The notes: generated from the letters alone by a model not told the origin. A stretch of 64,000 nucleotides of DNA from an uncultured Planctomycetaceae bacterium (GCA_963813715.1 CAWFAK010000007.1:928001-992000); one strand, 5' to 3'; shown: positions 10,048 to 20,895, numbered from the stretch's first letter. A program made the numbers and translations.

Positions 10048-11291
10048 ATGCCACGACCCCAAAAAATCCCGGCCTACAAGCTTCACAAGCCTTCAGGACG
10101 GGCCCGCGTGATTATTGACGGCCGCCACATCTATCTCGGGAAGTTCGGCTCACCGGAAAGCCACGAGCTTTACGCCCGCCTAATTGCAGACTACCTGCGA
10201 CGCAAACCGGCACAACGGCCGGCGATCGCGTCCGCGACGCTTCAACTGGGCACTCTGACGATCAGCCAGTTGATCCTGGCCTACTGGACATTCGCGAAGA
10301 CCTATTACGTCCTCGACGGTCATCCGACGAAGGAGCTTTCCGGAATGAAAGACTCCCTTCGGCCTCTTCGCGAGTTGTTTGGCCGAACGCTGGCGAATGA
10401 ATTTGGACCGAAGAGCTTGGCAATTGTCCGGCAGCACATGATCAGCCAACAGGGGTTAGCCCGGACGGAGACCAACAAGCGGATCGGCAGGATTAAACGC
10501 GTCTTCAAATGGGCGGTTGCGGAAGAGCTGATCGAATCATCGGTTTATCACGGCCTCCAGGCGCTGACCGGCTTGCGGTTTGGCCGAACTGAGGCGCGTG
10601 AAACGGAACCCATTAAGCCTGTCGCCGACAAGGACGTCGATGCCATTCTGCCGTTCTTGGCGCCGCAGATTCTGCGCCATGCTGAAACTGCAGCGGCTGA
10701 CCGGCATGCGTCCCTGCGAAGTGGTCCTCATGCGCGGCTGCGACATCGATCGCTCGGACGACGTCTGGGTCTACGAGCCGCTGATCCACAAAAACCGGTG
10801 GCGCGGGCATCGCAGGTTGATTGCACTGGGACCGCGGGCGCAAAATCTCCTGCTGTCCTTTCTCGACCGCGATGCAGAAGCTTTTCTTTTTAGCCCGCGG
10901 GAGGCCGAGCAGTGGAGGATTCAGCAGCAAACGGCCAAGGCCGGTCAGAATCGGAAGACCAGGATCTTCCCCTGCGAGCTCCGCAGCCGGGAATTGAGGA
11001 GACAGCGCCGGCTAAGACGATCGCGGCGACGACCGCCGAGAGACGGGTACGATACTGCTTCCTATCGTCGCGCGATCGAATATGCGATCCAGAGAGCACG
11101 CCGGGCGCAGGATTGAAGTCACGCACTGGCATCCCAATCAGTTGCGACACGCAAAGGCGACCGAGCTACGGAAGCAGCATGGGCTCGAGGCCGCTCAGGT
11201 TGTTCTGGGACACGCGCGGGCGGATGTGACGCAAGTTTATGCGGAGAGGAATGTCGCACTCGCGAGGGAAATCGCGAAGCAGTCGGGGTGA
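10048..11291 (+). CDS. Tyrosine recombinase/integrase (frameshifts ~10670 and ~11105)
   Basis: N-terminal YKLHKPSGRARV..IYLG, catalytic TGMRPCE, HKN, HPNQLRH, LGH, TQVY spread over three frames; AGGAG RBS. Confidence 0.92.
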
Positions 11292-11351
11292 GGTCCGATC
11301 CGCCCGACGGCGTCACTCAACCAGACGATCCCATCTGCATGAGGCCGGGAA

Positions 11352-12782
11352 ATGATCCGCAAACGCCCCAAGAAGACTGGTCCGGCTCCGGCGGACAAAC
11401 AGGGCTTAAGCCCACAGCTTCATTCGCCTTCCGAGAGGAAAGCGTTCCGCAGTAACGTCCTGAACTGGGCTCAACGACAGATTTCGGTCGATCCTGCCGC
11501 GCGGCAATTCCACGAGTGGGAGCTTGCATGGACGCCCAGCATCGTGGGGCTCTTCTCGAAGATGCCCATTCCGATCGAAGCGCGGCTGGCGGCGGCACTT
11601 ATAGGCTTGCGTCAGTTTGACTTGGAGCCGTTTTGGAACCTGCTGCATCACAAACTCTTTGTTTGGGTCTATGACGCGTTTTGCGCCGCTGGACGAATCG
11701 AAATTGGCGAGCAGAGCGAGAAGTCGATTGAGTCTATTTTCTCTAGGTTCAATGCTTACGAGGCGTACCGTAAGGGAACCGATTTCGGGAACGGCTTTGC
11801 CGATGTATCTGACACGGAATTCAATCGAGTCTGCCACGCGGTTTGGTGTTTTATTCTGGATGAACTCAGCAAGAACGAAAACCAAGTTGGCCGCGTCCTC
11901 AATCTGGTCGCGTTCCCTCTCGGTCGCGGTCCGGTGCGGTCAGTATCGCTCATCGACCTCCATTGGATCGCCGAGCCGGTGTTGGAGCTCATTGTGTATT
12001 CCCAGATGGTTCGACAGGACGGGCTTGTGTGTCTTCCACCGGTTGACCCCAATCCAGCTGCCTTCGAGCGAGTTTTCGCCAAAGACACGGCGTGGCCGCG
12101 CGATGCCGATAAAGGAGCTGAGGAAGAGTTCGGGAAACTTCCATCTGAGCTCAGGCACGAACATCTGGCAGATTACTGGGAAAAAGCGCACGAGCACGTT
12201 CGGCAGCTCAAGCTGCGGCGTCGATCAGTGGATGGCCAAGTCTATTTTGATGCCGAGAAGATTGAGCAGTCGGACGACGAGTTGATCCAGCGAACTGTGA
12301 GACTGGGAGAGCTCACCGAGCACAACGCGGGCGTCTCGATCGAATGGTGGAATAATTGGGTGCGCGAAAGAAACCCGAAAGTCAGGTCCAAGCGTGTGAC
12401 CGTCGTCCTGGGCGAGTTATCCCATTCTGACACGCTGCCCGATCGGCACGATCTTGTAGCCATTGATGACCGAAAAAGGCTTGGGGAGATGCTGATGGCG
12501 CGGCGGGCCGTCATCCAAAGCCTGCTGCTGGACTGTCGGAATCACCATCGTGAATCGCTCTTCTCGGAAGCCGGAATCCTGGACCCGAGCCAAGGCGAGA
12601 AGAAAATTCTAGCAATGCTTTTCCGCCGGTCGATGACTGCGGAACAACTGGCGGACGAACTCGGCTGCCCTCGCAGAACGCTATTTAACGAAGGATGGCT
12701 CGCACGCCTCGCCAGAAGCGGCGTTGTTCGCAACGACCGTTTGATCGGTGGATATTACCTGGCCGCCTTTCCGCCGGCGTGA
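11352..12782 (+). CDS. Hypothetical protein with C-terminal winged HTH
   Basis: 476 aa ORF; C-terminus EKKILAML..SMTAEQLADELGCPRRTL..LARLARSGVV..GGYYL looks like a wHTH. Confidence 0.65.
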   Translation: MIRKRPKKTGPAPADKQGLSPQLHSPSERKAFRSNVLNWAQRQISVDPAARQFHEWELAWTPSIVGLFSKMPIPIEARLAAALIGLRQFDLEPFWNLLHHKLFVWVYDAFCAAGRIEIGEQSEKSIESIFSRFNAYEAYRKGTDFGNGFADVSDTEFNRVCHAVWCFILDELSKNENQVGRVLNLVAFPLGRGPVRSVSLIDLHWIAEPVLELIVYSQMVRQDGLVCLPPVDPNPAAFERVFAKDTAWPRDADKGAEEEFGKLPSELRHEHLADYWEKAHEHVRQLKLRRRSVDGQVYFDAEKIEQSDDELIQRTVRLGELTEHNAGVSIEWWNNWVRERNPKVRSKRVTVVLGELSHSDTLPDRHDLVAIDDRKRLGEMLMARRAVIQSLLLDCRNHHRESLFSEAGILDPSQGEKKILAMLFRRSMTAEQLADELGCPRRTLFNEGWLARLARSGVVRNDRLIGGYYLAAFPPA

Positions 12783-13086
12783 CCGTCGTCGCTCACATTG
12801 TATGCCGCCCCGCAAAATCTAAGGCGTCCCGCTGACTGCGCCGACTCCTGGCGAATTTTTTTGCGCAGTTGTCGCCCCCGTGTTGACCACGCGGGAAGTA
12901 CGCACCGGACACTGCGTCCGGTCGTAAGGCAGATCACGCGTGTTATTTGCTGCTCAGGGTGCGCAACGCCGTTTCTTTAGTTTTTTGCGATTTCTCGAGA
13001 GTGCCAATGTTTGGCACTGGCGCCCAACTTTGGACCAGTACGCTTGGACTTGTTGCGGATCTACCCATCCAGTTGCGAGGCGCAGC

Positions 13087-13380
13087 ATGGCCATAGATAT
13101 CGAGAGAGAAGAGCTAATGTCCCTGTCGAGAGCCGCGGGGCGACTACCCACTCGTCGGGCAGGAAAGAAGACACACGTTTCCACGTTGCACCGATGGGCA
13201 ACGATTGGACTGCGTGGGGTCGTCCTAGAGACGCTGCAGGCAGGGGGAGTGAAAGTGACGTCCCTAGCCGCACTGCAGCGCTTTTTTGAGCGGCTCTCCG
13301 TCCGGGGAACATCGCAAGCTTCCTGCGGGACACCGGCCAAGGCTGATACTGAGGCCGCGCTCGACGCCGAAGGGATCTAG
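13087..13380 (+). CDS. DUF1580 family small HTH protein (excisionase/AlpA-like)
   Basis: IDIEREELMSLSRAA..LP....KKTHVSTLHRWATIGLRGVVLET..GG..VTSLAALQRFF. Confidence 0.85.
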   Translation: MAIDIEREELMSLSRAAGRLPTRRAGKKTHVSTLHRWATIGLRGVVLETLQAGGVKVTSLAALQRFFERLSVRGTSQASCGTPAKADTEAALDAEGI

Positions 13381-13510
13381 ACGGGCTGGGGCAGACGCAT
13401 AACGACCCCGCCTACGATGCCAGCATAACGACAAAAACAGAGGAGGCACCCGCCGGCCGCTAAACCTAGGGTGCCCCCTAATCTCACCCCTTGGAGTCAG
13501 GAGTCAGACT

Positions 13511-15466
13511 ATGCCGACTGTATCACAAAATAGAAAAGTTAGAAGCGCCTCCCACAAGAAGAAGAAACCTGACGGCAGTCCAGTCTTACCGAGCGCGAAG
13601 GGGCAATCCCGTCCACCTAGCCAGCGTATTGAGCGTGCCCGGCCCCTCCCAAGTCGCCAGACTGTTGCGGCCGCCCTCTACTCGCTCGATCGCTGCCAAA
13701 TCGACGATGAGGAGAAGTGGCTGCGAGTCGGACGAGCTCTGTGGGCGTGGGATCGTAGTCAGGCCACGCTCAACCTGTGGGCCTGCTGGTCGACCAGGCA
13801 CGGCGCGCGGACACCGAACGATTGCAGAAAACAATGGAACCTGTTTGGCCAAGCCCGCCGCGGCAGCTCCGTCACGATCGACGACCTATTCGATTGGGCG
13901 GAAGGCTGCGGTTGGTCTTCGCGTCAAGAGAGCCGCAGTCGTGTCGACGGACCACAAGCCGCGTGGGGGCTGGCCGAGCAATTCATCGAGACAACCTGCC
14001 TCAGCTTCGAGGGGAACACGGCTGTCCGCACCCTTCGTTATTACCGAGGAGAATTTTATCGCTGGCGAAGCGGGAGATACGTCCCAGTGCCCCTTGGCGA
14101 GATCCGCAACGCCGTCGTCGGATTTCTCGGGCCGATGGGCCTCAGCGTCATGCCCATGGTGATTGCCGCGGTGTTGGACAGTCTGCGAGTGCAGACGGAA
14201 GTGGCCGCGGAAAAGGACGCACCCTGTTGGCTCGACGACGATCTTGAACTGCTTGGCGAGATCGTAGAGCCTCCTGCCGCACCGGAAGACGTGATCGCCA
14301 CCCGGAACGGGTTAGTCGATGTAAGGGCGTTTCTCGACGGTCGGCCTCGCCTGCTGCCGGCTACGCCAAAGTTTTTCTGCACCGCGGCGGTCGACTTCGA
14401 GTTCGCCGCAAAAGGAAAGAAGCCGACCCGCTGGCTCACGTTCCTCAAGGAGCTCTGGCCCAATGACCAGGCCAGCGTCGAGACGCTGCAGGAATGGGCC
14501 GGCTACGTCGTGATGCGCCGCACCGAGCTCCAGAAAATCCTAATGGTGCTCGGGCCGCCGCGGGCTGGAAAGGGAACGATCGCCAAGGTGTTAACCGCAC
14601 TCGCCAGCCCGGCCAGCACGGCAGCACCGAAGCTGAGCGACTTCGCCCAGCAATTCGGTTTGGCCCCGCTCATCGATAAGACCCTCGCGATCATCCCGGA
14701 CGCAAGATTAAGCAATAGACACGATCAGGCCACGATCGTGGAGCGGCTACTCTCAATCTCGGGCGAGGATTGCGTCACGATCGATCGCAAGCACCGGGAC
14801 CCCATCACCGTGAAGCTCGCCACTCGCATCACGTTGTTTACAAACGAGTTACCGAGCTGGGACGACACGGCCGGTGCGTTAGCATCTCGACTCATAGTGC
14901 TCCATCTGACGAGGAGCTTCATTGCGCCAGATGGCGCCGACTCCAATGACGAAGTGGGCCAGGATGACGCGCGCCTCGTTGCCGACCCGGACCTCTGGAT
15001 CAAGTTACAACGTGAGTTGCCGGCCATTTTGCGGTGGGCCCTCGAAGGCTGGAAGCGACTACAACAGCGCAGGCACTTCTTGCAGCCCGAGTCGGGTAGG
15101 CCCTTGCTTGAGCAGGCGGCGGACATCGCGTCCCCGATCCATGTGTTCGTTCGCGATGAGTGCACGACTGGTCAGGGCAAGCAAGTCTTAACGCAGGAAC
15201 TCTACGATCGCTGGAGGCGCTATTGTGAAAGGACCGGCCAGATCCCTGGAACGATACAGACCTTCTCCAGAGGGTTACGTGCCGTCGTGCCGGATCTCGG
15301 GACGCGTAGGAAGAAACGCCACGGCCACACTGATAGCTGGCTGATCGGCCTCTCTCCAAACGTACCGAACCTCGGCGCGACACGTCGTCATCCTGTGCCG
15401 GTCTCCAAGCAAGCGGCAGCGAAAGCGAGCAAAGACGGACTGCAACCCGCGCATCGTTTCGGATAG
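13511..15466 (+). CDS. P4/D5-type SF3 helicase with N-terminal PriCT-2 domain
   Basis: PriCT-2-like DEEKWLRVGRAL..LWACWS..CRKQWNLF; D5_N-like IATRNGLVD; Walker A GPPRAGKGT; ISGED; FTNELP; C-terminal wHTH-like ELYDRWRRYC. Confidence 0.88.
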   Translation: MPTVSQNRKVRSASHKKKKPDGSPVLPSAKGQSRPPSQRIERARPLPSRQTVAAALYSLDRCQIDDEEKWLRVGRALWAWDRSQATLNLWACWSTRHGARTPNDCRKQWNLFGQARRGSSVTIDDLFDWAEGCGWSSRQESRSRVDGPQAAWGLAEQFIETTCLSFEGNTAVRTLRYYRGEFYRWRSGRYVPVPLGEIRNAVVGFLGPMGLSVMPMVIAAVLDSLRVQTEVAAEKDAPCWLDDDLELLGEIVEPPAAPEDVIATRNGLVDVRAFLDGRPRLLPATPKFFCTAAVDFEFAAKGKKPTRWLTFLKELWPNDQASVETLQEWAGYVVMRRTELQKILMVLGPPRAGKGTIAKVLTALASPASTAAPKLSDFAQQFGLAPLIDKTLAIIPDARLSNRHDQATIVERLLSISGEDCVTIDRKHRDPITVKLATRITLFTNELPSWDDTAGALASRLIVLHLTRSFIAPDGADSNDEVGQDDARLVADPDLWIKLQRELPAILRWALEGWKRLQQRRHFLQPESGRPLLEQAADIASPIHVFVRDECTTGQGKQVLTQELYDRWRRYCERTGQIPGTIQTFSRGLRAVVPDLGTRRKKRHGHTDSWLIGLSPNVPNLGATRRHPVPVSKQAAAKASKDGLQPAHRFG

Positions 15467-15477
15467 CCGAGCTGGGG

Positions 15478-15725
15478 CGGCGCGATCGCAGTCGGCCGTG
15501 GCCCCCCGGCCCCAAAAAATCCAGCGTAGAAGAGCGTTTGGCGCGCGATCCGGCGCGCGATGAAAGGAGAGCCTCTTTTGTCATGAAAAATGCAACAAAG
15601 GCCCGGGGAAATGAGGATTTTTCGATTGTTGGCTCGGCCAGCGGCGCGCGATCCCTCTATTTTTTCTTCCTAGATGTCCTAATACCCTAAGAAAAAAATA
15701 AGAACATTGCGCGCCTTGCGCCGCT
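15478..15725. repeat. Candidate replication origin: GGCGCGCGAT iterons plus AT-rich inverted repeat
   Basis: GGCGCGCGAT at 15541, 15552 and 15643, related CGGCGCGATC at 15478; TATTTTTTCTT..AAGAAAAAAATA at 15658-15700; lies between helicase and primase genes. Confidence 0.55.
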
Positions 15726-15960
15726 CAACTCCGCTGGGCGAAGTCGATGCCGTGCTCCCGGATCAAAAACAGGATTCAGCTCCGCTGGAGAATCGACACT
15801 CCAAGATTCAAGCCCATCAGCTCTGGCCTCAAGAGCCAGGAACCACAAGGCAGACGCGTCTTTCTTTGGGGGGGCGCACGTCCCGGTTCGATTGGTCTGC
15901 CTGACTAGCCCCACTGTTAGCGGACATGCGTGTCCCCAATAACGCGAAAGGAATTGACAG

Positions 15961-17079
15961 ATGCCACTCAATCCCAAGCTGTATGCTCTGCTCGAGCGGA
16001 CCTTCGGCGTAGTCGAAATCAAGAACCCCGGAATGGAAATGCAATACGCCTACGGGTTCGACCCAGTGTCGCAGCGTCTTAAGCTCCTGATTGCCGCATC
16101 GGGCGAAGAATACGCCGTCAACTGTCCCCGCTGCGGAGACACCAGGAAGCGCCTCTCGATCTCGGCAAACTGGTACCATCACGACGTCGCGCACGGGCAA
16201 ACGTGGTCGCACCTCATCCACTGCTTCAATGAAGACTGTTATGCCGAGCATCACGTGCGGGCGGCTCTATACACGCGCCTGCACGACGGACGCTCGTCAT
16301 TCGGTTCGCGTCAGGCACCTGCGGCCAGGCAAGTCTCTGGCCCCCTGGACGGCCCTCTTCCGGTTCGGGAATTGCCGGCCGGTTTCAAACGGCTCTCGAA
16401 ACTGAAGGACAGCCATCGCGCCATCAAGTATCTGGTCAGCCGAGCCTTCGATCCCGAGGAGATCGACCGGGTCTACCGGGTCGGGTACACCAAGAGCGAC
16501 GAAGCACCCCGCCTGGCGCGGAGGAGGATCATTATCCCCTCGTACGCCGACGGAAGCTGTGTCGGCTGGCAGGCCCGTTACGTGGGCGACGTCGACTTCA
16601 AATCTGAAGGCGATCTGCCAAAGTACTACACCTGTCCCGGCATGAAGCGCGGCCGAGTGGTCTACAACCTCGACCAAGCTTGCGAGTACCCGACGGTTGT
16701 GATTGTCGAGGGGCCCACCGACGTCTGGCGCGTGGGGCCGATGGCGGTCGCCATCTGGGGGCACACGCTGAGCGCTCCGCAGAAGGAGCTCATATGCAAG
16801 AACTGCCCCGACGCCAGTGTGGTCCTGATGCTCGATCCCGAGATCATGCAGCCGGCAACCGAGCGCTACGCCCGCATCAAGCTGAAGAACCTCATGGGGA
16901 TGACCGAGGCGTTCGCCGGCCGGTTGGCCCTCGTGTCACTGCCCCACGGGACCGACCCGGGCTCTCTCGACCGACAAAAACTGCGAGAAATCATCAAGGA
17001 CCAGGCAGCCAATCAAGGCGTCGAGCTCAACTGGAAAAAGCGTAGTCGCCGCAAACGCTCGACGACCAACCGACATTGA
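15961..17079 (+). CDS. Zn-finger + TOPRIM (DnaG-like/phage-type) primase
   Basis: CPRC..HCFNEDC zinc ribbon, AIKYLVSR, RIIIP, GWQAR, PKYY, VIVEGPTDVW, LMLDPE, DPG. Confidence 0.85.
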   Translation: MPLNPKLYALLERTFGVVEIKNPGMEMQYAYGFDPVSQRLKLLIAASGEEYAVNCPRCGDTRKRLSISANWYHHDVAHGQTWSHLIHCFNEDCYAEHHVRAALYTRLHDGRSSFGSRQAPAARQVSGPLDGPLPVRELPAGFKRLSKLKDSHRAIKYLVSRAFDPEEIDRVYRVGYTKSDEAPRLARRRIIIPSYADGSCVGWQARYVGDVDFKSEGDLPKYYTCPGMKRGRVVYNLDQACEYPTVVIVEGPTDVWRVGPMAVAIWGHTLSAPQKELICKNCPDASVVLMLDPEIMQPATERYARIKLKNLMGMTEAFAGRLALVSLPHGTDPGSLDRQKLREIIKDQAANQGVELNWKKRSRRKRSTTNRH

Positions 17080-17543
17080 CGGGTGAGCGTCCCGGGTGCG
17101 ACGTCAAGACCTCGTTGAAGTCTGAGCCGGCCGTAGTCGCGAGAATCGACGGGACGGGGACAAAGACGAAAACTAGCCGGACATCGTGTCCGTCCAATAT
17201 CGCGAATGAGGTCATGAGTGCCTATCAGCTTAAGCGTCACCACCGCTACATCATGACTTTCGATCTCTGCGCTGCTGAGTGATCCGCGGTCAACGGGGCC
17301 TCTGCTCGCCGCGATCATTGCGATTCGCATGCAGCCGACTAGCCTACTCGGGTGCCGCTCGTTCAGGACGGAGGCGCTCGCCCGCGTGGTGCGCCTCGTG
17401 CGGCGCGAGTGCCGCACGCGGTCTTCGAATAGCACGCCACTGAAAGCCTAAATCGATATAGATTAAGCAATAAAATGACGGCGCCAGCACTTTGGTGGCC
17501 GATATTTATCCGAGGAGGAACTCGCTTAGCGAAGGAACGCGCC

Positions 17544-18593
17544 ATGACGTTACGGAAGACGAAACGAATCAAAGCTGCGCCCGCCACAGACGGCGCGAGC
17601 ACCCCGCCGCAAGTGCAGATGGTCAAAGTGTGCGACCTCTGCCCACACCCAGAGCAGGCTGAGCTGGTCGGCGACATGCCGCCCGCCGATTTTGAAGCCC
17701 TCGTCGCCGACATCGAGGCCAACGGCATCCAGAATCCGTTGATCGTTCTTGCCGACGGGGCGATCATCTGCGGACACCAGCGATATCGCGCCGCCGTCCT
17801 GCTGGGCATCGGAGAGGTGCCCTGCATCATCCGCCGCGATCTTCGCGGTGCCGATGATCCTGCGGCCGTGAAACTGCTGCTGTCCGACAATCTGCGGCGA
17901 CGCCAGCTCGGCCCCCTGGAAAAGGCTCGGTACACCAAAAGGCTATTCGAACTTGAGTTGGGTCGCCGGCTCGACCCTAACGACTCTTGGGATCATCCCA
18001 AGCAAATTGCCGTCCGCGATGCAGTCGGCAAGCTGCTCGACTGCTCAGGGCGCAACGCCGCCCGGTACCTTGCTGTCCTAAACACGCCGAACGAGATCCA
18101 GCGGGCATTTGACGCCGGGCTGGTGCGGCTGGCACTCACTGAACGAATCTCGTTCTTAAAGCGAGAAGCTCAGCAGAGGCTGGCAGAGTCCATCTGCAAG
18201 GCGCGCAGCCGCTCGAAAAGCGGCGACCCGAAGTGCAAGCAGACGGTCCAGGCCCTTGTCGACACGGCGCTCGCGAAATCGAGGCCCACGAAGAGGGTCC
18301 GCGCACCGTCCCCAATGGCCCCACTGCACGAGCTGAAGCGGTGTCTAGAGGCCAATGTTGCCCTCGTACGCGAGGGGCGTGACGAGATCATCGGGCATAT
18401 CGGGGGAGATCCAGAGTCGCAAGACTCGCCCCTTTTCGGGATCACGCGGGATCTCTGCCTGCAGCCCATGATCGAAGTACGGGAGCAGTGCGAGTGCTTG
18501 CAGCTGCTGCTGAGCGAGATCCAAAAAGAGGCCAAACTTAAGTTGGCGGCTCTAGAGTGCCCGGATATCGAAAAGCATGAGGCTGCTGCTTAG
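17544..18593 (+). CDS. ParB/Srx N-terminal domain protein
   Basis: FEALVADIEANGIQNPLIV..IICGHQRYRAA..LG...VPC..DNLRRRQL, followed by HTH-like VGKLLDCSGRNAARYL. Confidence 0.88.
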   Translation: MTLRKTKRIKAAPATDGASTPPQVQMVKVCDLCPHPEQAELVGDMPPADFEALVADIEANGIQNPLIVLADGAIICGHQRYRAAVLLGIGEVPCIIRRDLRGADDPAAVKLLLSDNLRRRQLGPLEKARYTKRLFELELGRRLDPNDSWDHPKQIAVRDAVGKLLDCSGRNAARYLAVLNTPNEIQRAFDAGLVRLALTERISFLKREAQQRLAESICKARSRSKSGDPKCKQTVQALVDTALAKSRPTKRVRAPSPMAPLHELKRCLEANVALVREGRDEIIGHIGGDPESQDSPLFGITRDLCLQPMIEVREQCECLQLLLSEIQKEAKLKLAALECPDIEKHEAAA

Positions 18594-18617
18594 TCCGTGG
18601 TCGACGGAGTTTTTTTT
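18594..18617 (+). terminator. Rho-independent terminator after parB-like gene
   Basis: TCCGT-GGTCG-ACGGA hairpin followed by G and a T8 tract directly after the stop codon. Confidence 0.6.
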
Positions 18618-19075
18618 GTAGGCCCCGGCTCATCGGGCACCAGAACCGCGGATCGAGTTGAATTGCATCCACACCGAGAATCAGCATGACCGATTCCTGT
18701 AGCATCGCGAGACGCCGCTGGATGACGCGAGCCCTCTCGGTTTGTTCTGTCCCCGTCCGTCGCGCCGACGCATGCTGTATCCTGAACACACGTGCGGGCT
18801 GAGAAAGACCTCAATTGGATCGGCGGTCCGGACATGGTGTCCATCGGGAGGAGTGAATTCCAAAGCGCGAATGGAGACAGCAGTGCTCAAGTCCCCCCCC
18901 GTCAAGATTCCCGCTGACAGCGGCCTAATTCTTAGATAGCGTATGTGCTGGGCTCATGCGGGCCGGTTCGCAGAGATCGCGCCACAAGCGAGATAGAAGA
19001 CCTGACGCGGCGAGACGGCTGCAAGCGTTCGAGGTAGCGTGTCAGAGCCGCTCGATTGATTGCGGAGGCAAGGGA

Positions 19076-19714
19076 ATGCAAAAGGGAATCACATCGCTGC
19101 CGGCAGTGGCGCACACTGCATCGGCTCAGGCTATAGCCGATTGCCAGCGGCAGGCGCTGGCCGACCAGGGCGACGTCTGGGGCCTGCTCGATGCGCTCAG
19201 CCAAGCGGATCCGCGAAGCTTCCAGTGGAAGGGTGAGCTTGACCGTATCCTCAACAGCCTACTGACTCGCAGTCGCCAGCGGCCGCAGGCCTTCGCCGGA
19301 GAGGTGCTCGATCGCTTGGCGGCCGTCTCAACCTTTTATCTGCTGCGAGCCGAACTTTATCTGCGACAGCTCACAAGTGAAGCCCTTCCGCCTGACCGCA
19401 ATCGGCCAGTCTCAGACGCTCCCGCAGCAGTCGTCGAGCACTTGCTTCCCCGCTATCAGGAGCTCGGACGCTCCACAGCCGAAATCCTGCACTATCGGGC
19501 CAGCATTGCACGTCAGTGGGCGTTGGCCAATGCAAAGGACTCCGAGTCTGTTCGGCGTCATCAGAAGCCAGAAACAGAAGCCCGAGATTCAGTAATCAAG
19601 CCCAGGCCTTCAAAGCCGCCCACGAACGGGCACAACGGTACGTCCGCAACCGGCGACCGCAACGGTCACACGCCTCCATCTGCAGGAAATGGTCGTTTCT
19701 CGTTCCCGTCCTGA
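19076..19714 (+). CDS. Hypothetical protein (element-encoded)
   Basis: GGAGG RBS, helical coding-like ORF. Confidence 0.55.
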   Translation: MQKGITSLPAVAHTASAQAIADCQRQALADQGDVWGLLDALSQADPRSFQWKGELDRILNSLLTRSRQRPQAFAGEVLDRLAAVSTFYLLRAELYLRQLTSEALPPDRNRPVSDAPAAVVEHLLPRYQELGRSTAEILHYRASIARQWALANAKDSESVRRHQKPETEARDSVIKPRPSKPPTNGHNGTSATGDRNGHTPPSAGNGRFSFPS

Positions 19715-19728
19715 TCCCGGTGTCTCGC

Positions 19729-20088
19729 ATGCTTTCCGATCACGCCCTCGAGGCCCGCTGGGAACGCATCCGCTCGGCGATGGAGCAAAACCGGCCGCTG
19801 CTTGAACGACAGGGCACCATCGCCTTCAAGAAAGCCGGCGGGGTGACCGTGCGCGTCCTGCGCTTCTGCGAACAGCGTCAGGGCCGCCGACTCCAGCGCT
19901 CCATTTATCTCGGCGTCAACGATGAGCTCTTGAGACGAGGACTCGCTTTGCTCGAAGCGTTTCGGGAGCCGATCCGCTGGCAGGCCGAAACCGCCGCGGC
20001 CGCCGCTGCTCTTGGCAGCATTGTTTCCCGCTTACGTCGCCGAATGGGGAAGGGACGGCGGCGGACCCTAAACGAGGGCTTTCGTTAG
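19729..20088 (+). CDS. Hypothetical basic protein (element-encoded)
   Basis: Follows previous gene by 14 bp; basic, RLQRSIYLG motif. Confidence 0.55.
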   Translation: MLSDHALEARWERIRSAMEQNRPLLERQGTIAFKKAGGVTVRVLRFCEQRQGRRLQRSIYLGVNDELLRRGLALLEAFREPIRWQAETAAAAAALGSIVSRLRRRMGKGRRRTLNEGFR

Positions 20089-20286
20089 TGGGGAGGCGAT
20101 GCCGGCCATTTGCGGGCGTTTTCTCGCGGCTCAGGTCGCCTAAAAGGACTATGAAAGCGACCGCACGCCACTAAACGGTTAGCCCTACACCGCGAGCTTG
20201 TCGCCTTCACTGGATCGCCACGTGGCGCTTGATTGCATTCCAACCAAGCGCAGCACTGAGGTGCGAGAAACGCTCGTGTCGTGCCC

Positions 20287-20895
20287 TCAGTTGCTCGCTA
20301 CGGCGGCCATGCAAGGCTGCGCTGCCTCAGCTTCCTCTGGCAAAGCCGACGGCTGTGCGAAAGGATCCTCCCGCTTTCGCTTCCGTTCAGGCGTGTTCTT
20401 AGTATGCCTGGCCGGCTTCCGATGGTCAACAATCGCATCAGCAGGAACGTGCTCATTCATCAGCTCCGGTCCAAGATAAAAGCGGCGATCGATTGGAGGC
20501 CTAGCGCCCGGAGTCGGGATGAATTTCCCGAATTTGCTGAAATCAAAAATGGATTCGATGCTGCCATCGGGCAGATACAGAAACCGGAAGGGCCCCGGAG
20601 TGAATCCCATGGGAATGCCATAAAACGGAAATGCGGTGATCATTTTGTCCTGCTGGTCGAGCTCTCGAAGGCGCGCTTTGAGGCTGGCCAAATCTGCAAA
20701 GAGTTCGAGCATTGGCCATTCCCCATCCTCCGAAACGATAAGGCAATAGTCCGCATTAGCCGGTACACGTGGCTGCGTGTCGGCGGTTGGTTTTGCATCA
20801 TCCGGAATGTCGCTCGCCGCAACACCCGTCCTGTCACCTTGCGACAATTCCGCCGGTTTGCACATTTCATTATCAGAACGATCGGGTTTCATCAT
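20287..20895 (-). CDS. Hypothetical protein
   Basis: GGGAG RBS, ~200 aa ORF with globular-looking core. Confidence 0.45.
   Translation of the reverse strand: MMKPDRSDNEMCKPAELSQGDRTGVAASDIPDDAKPTADTQPRVPANADYCLIVSEDGEWPMLELFADLASLKARLRELDQQDKMITAFPFYGIPMGFTPGPFRFLYLPDGSIESIFDFSKFGKFIPTPGARPPIDRRFYLGPELMNEHVPADAIVDHRKPARHTKNTPERKRKREDPFAQPSALPEEAEAAQPCMAAVASN

Noticed and set aside
10660..11120. Programmed frameshifting in the integrase
   Set aside because: No slippery heptamer seen, and similar indels occur throughout the window
15121..15133. GGACATCGCGTCC near-match inside the helicase gene
   Set aside because: Imperfect and within coding sequence, so not counted as a site
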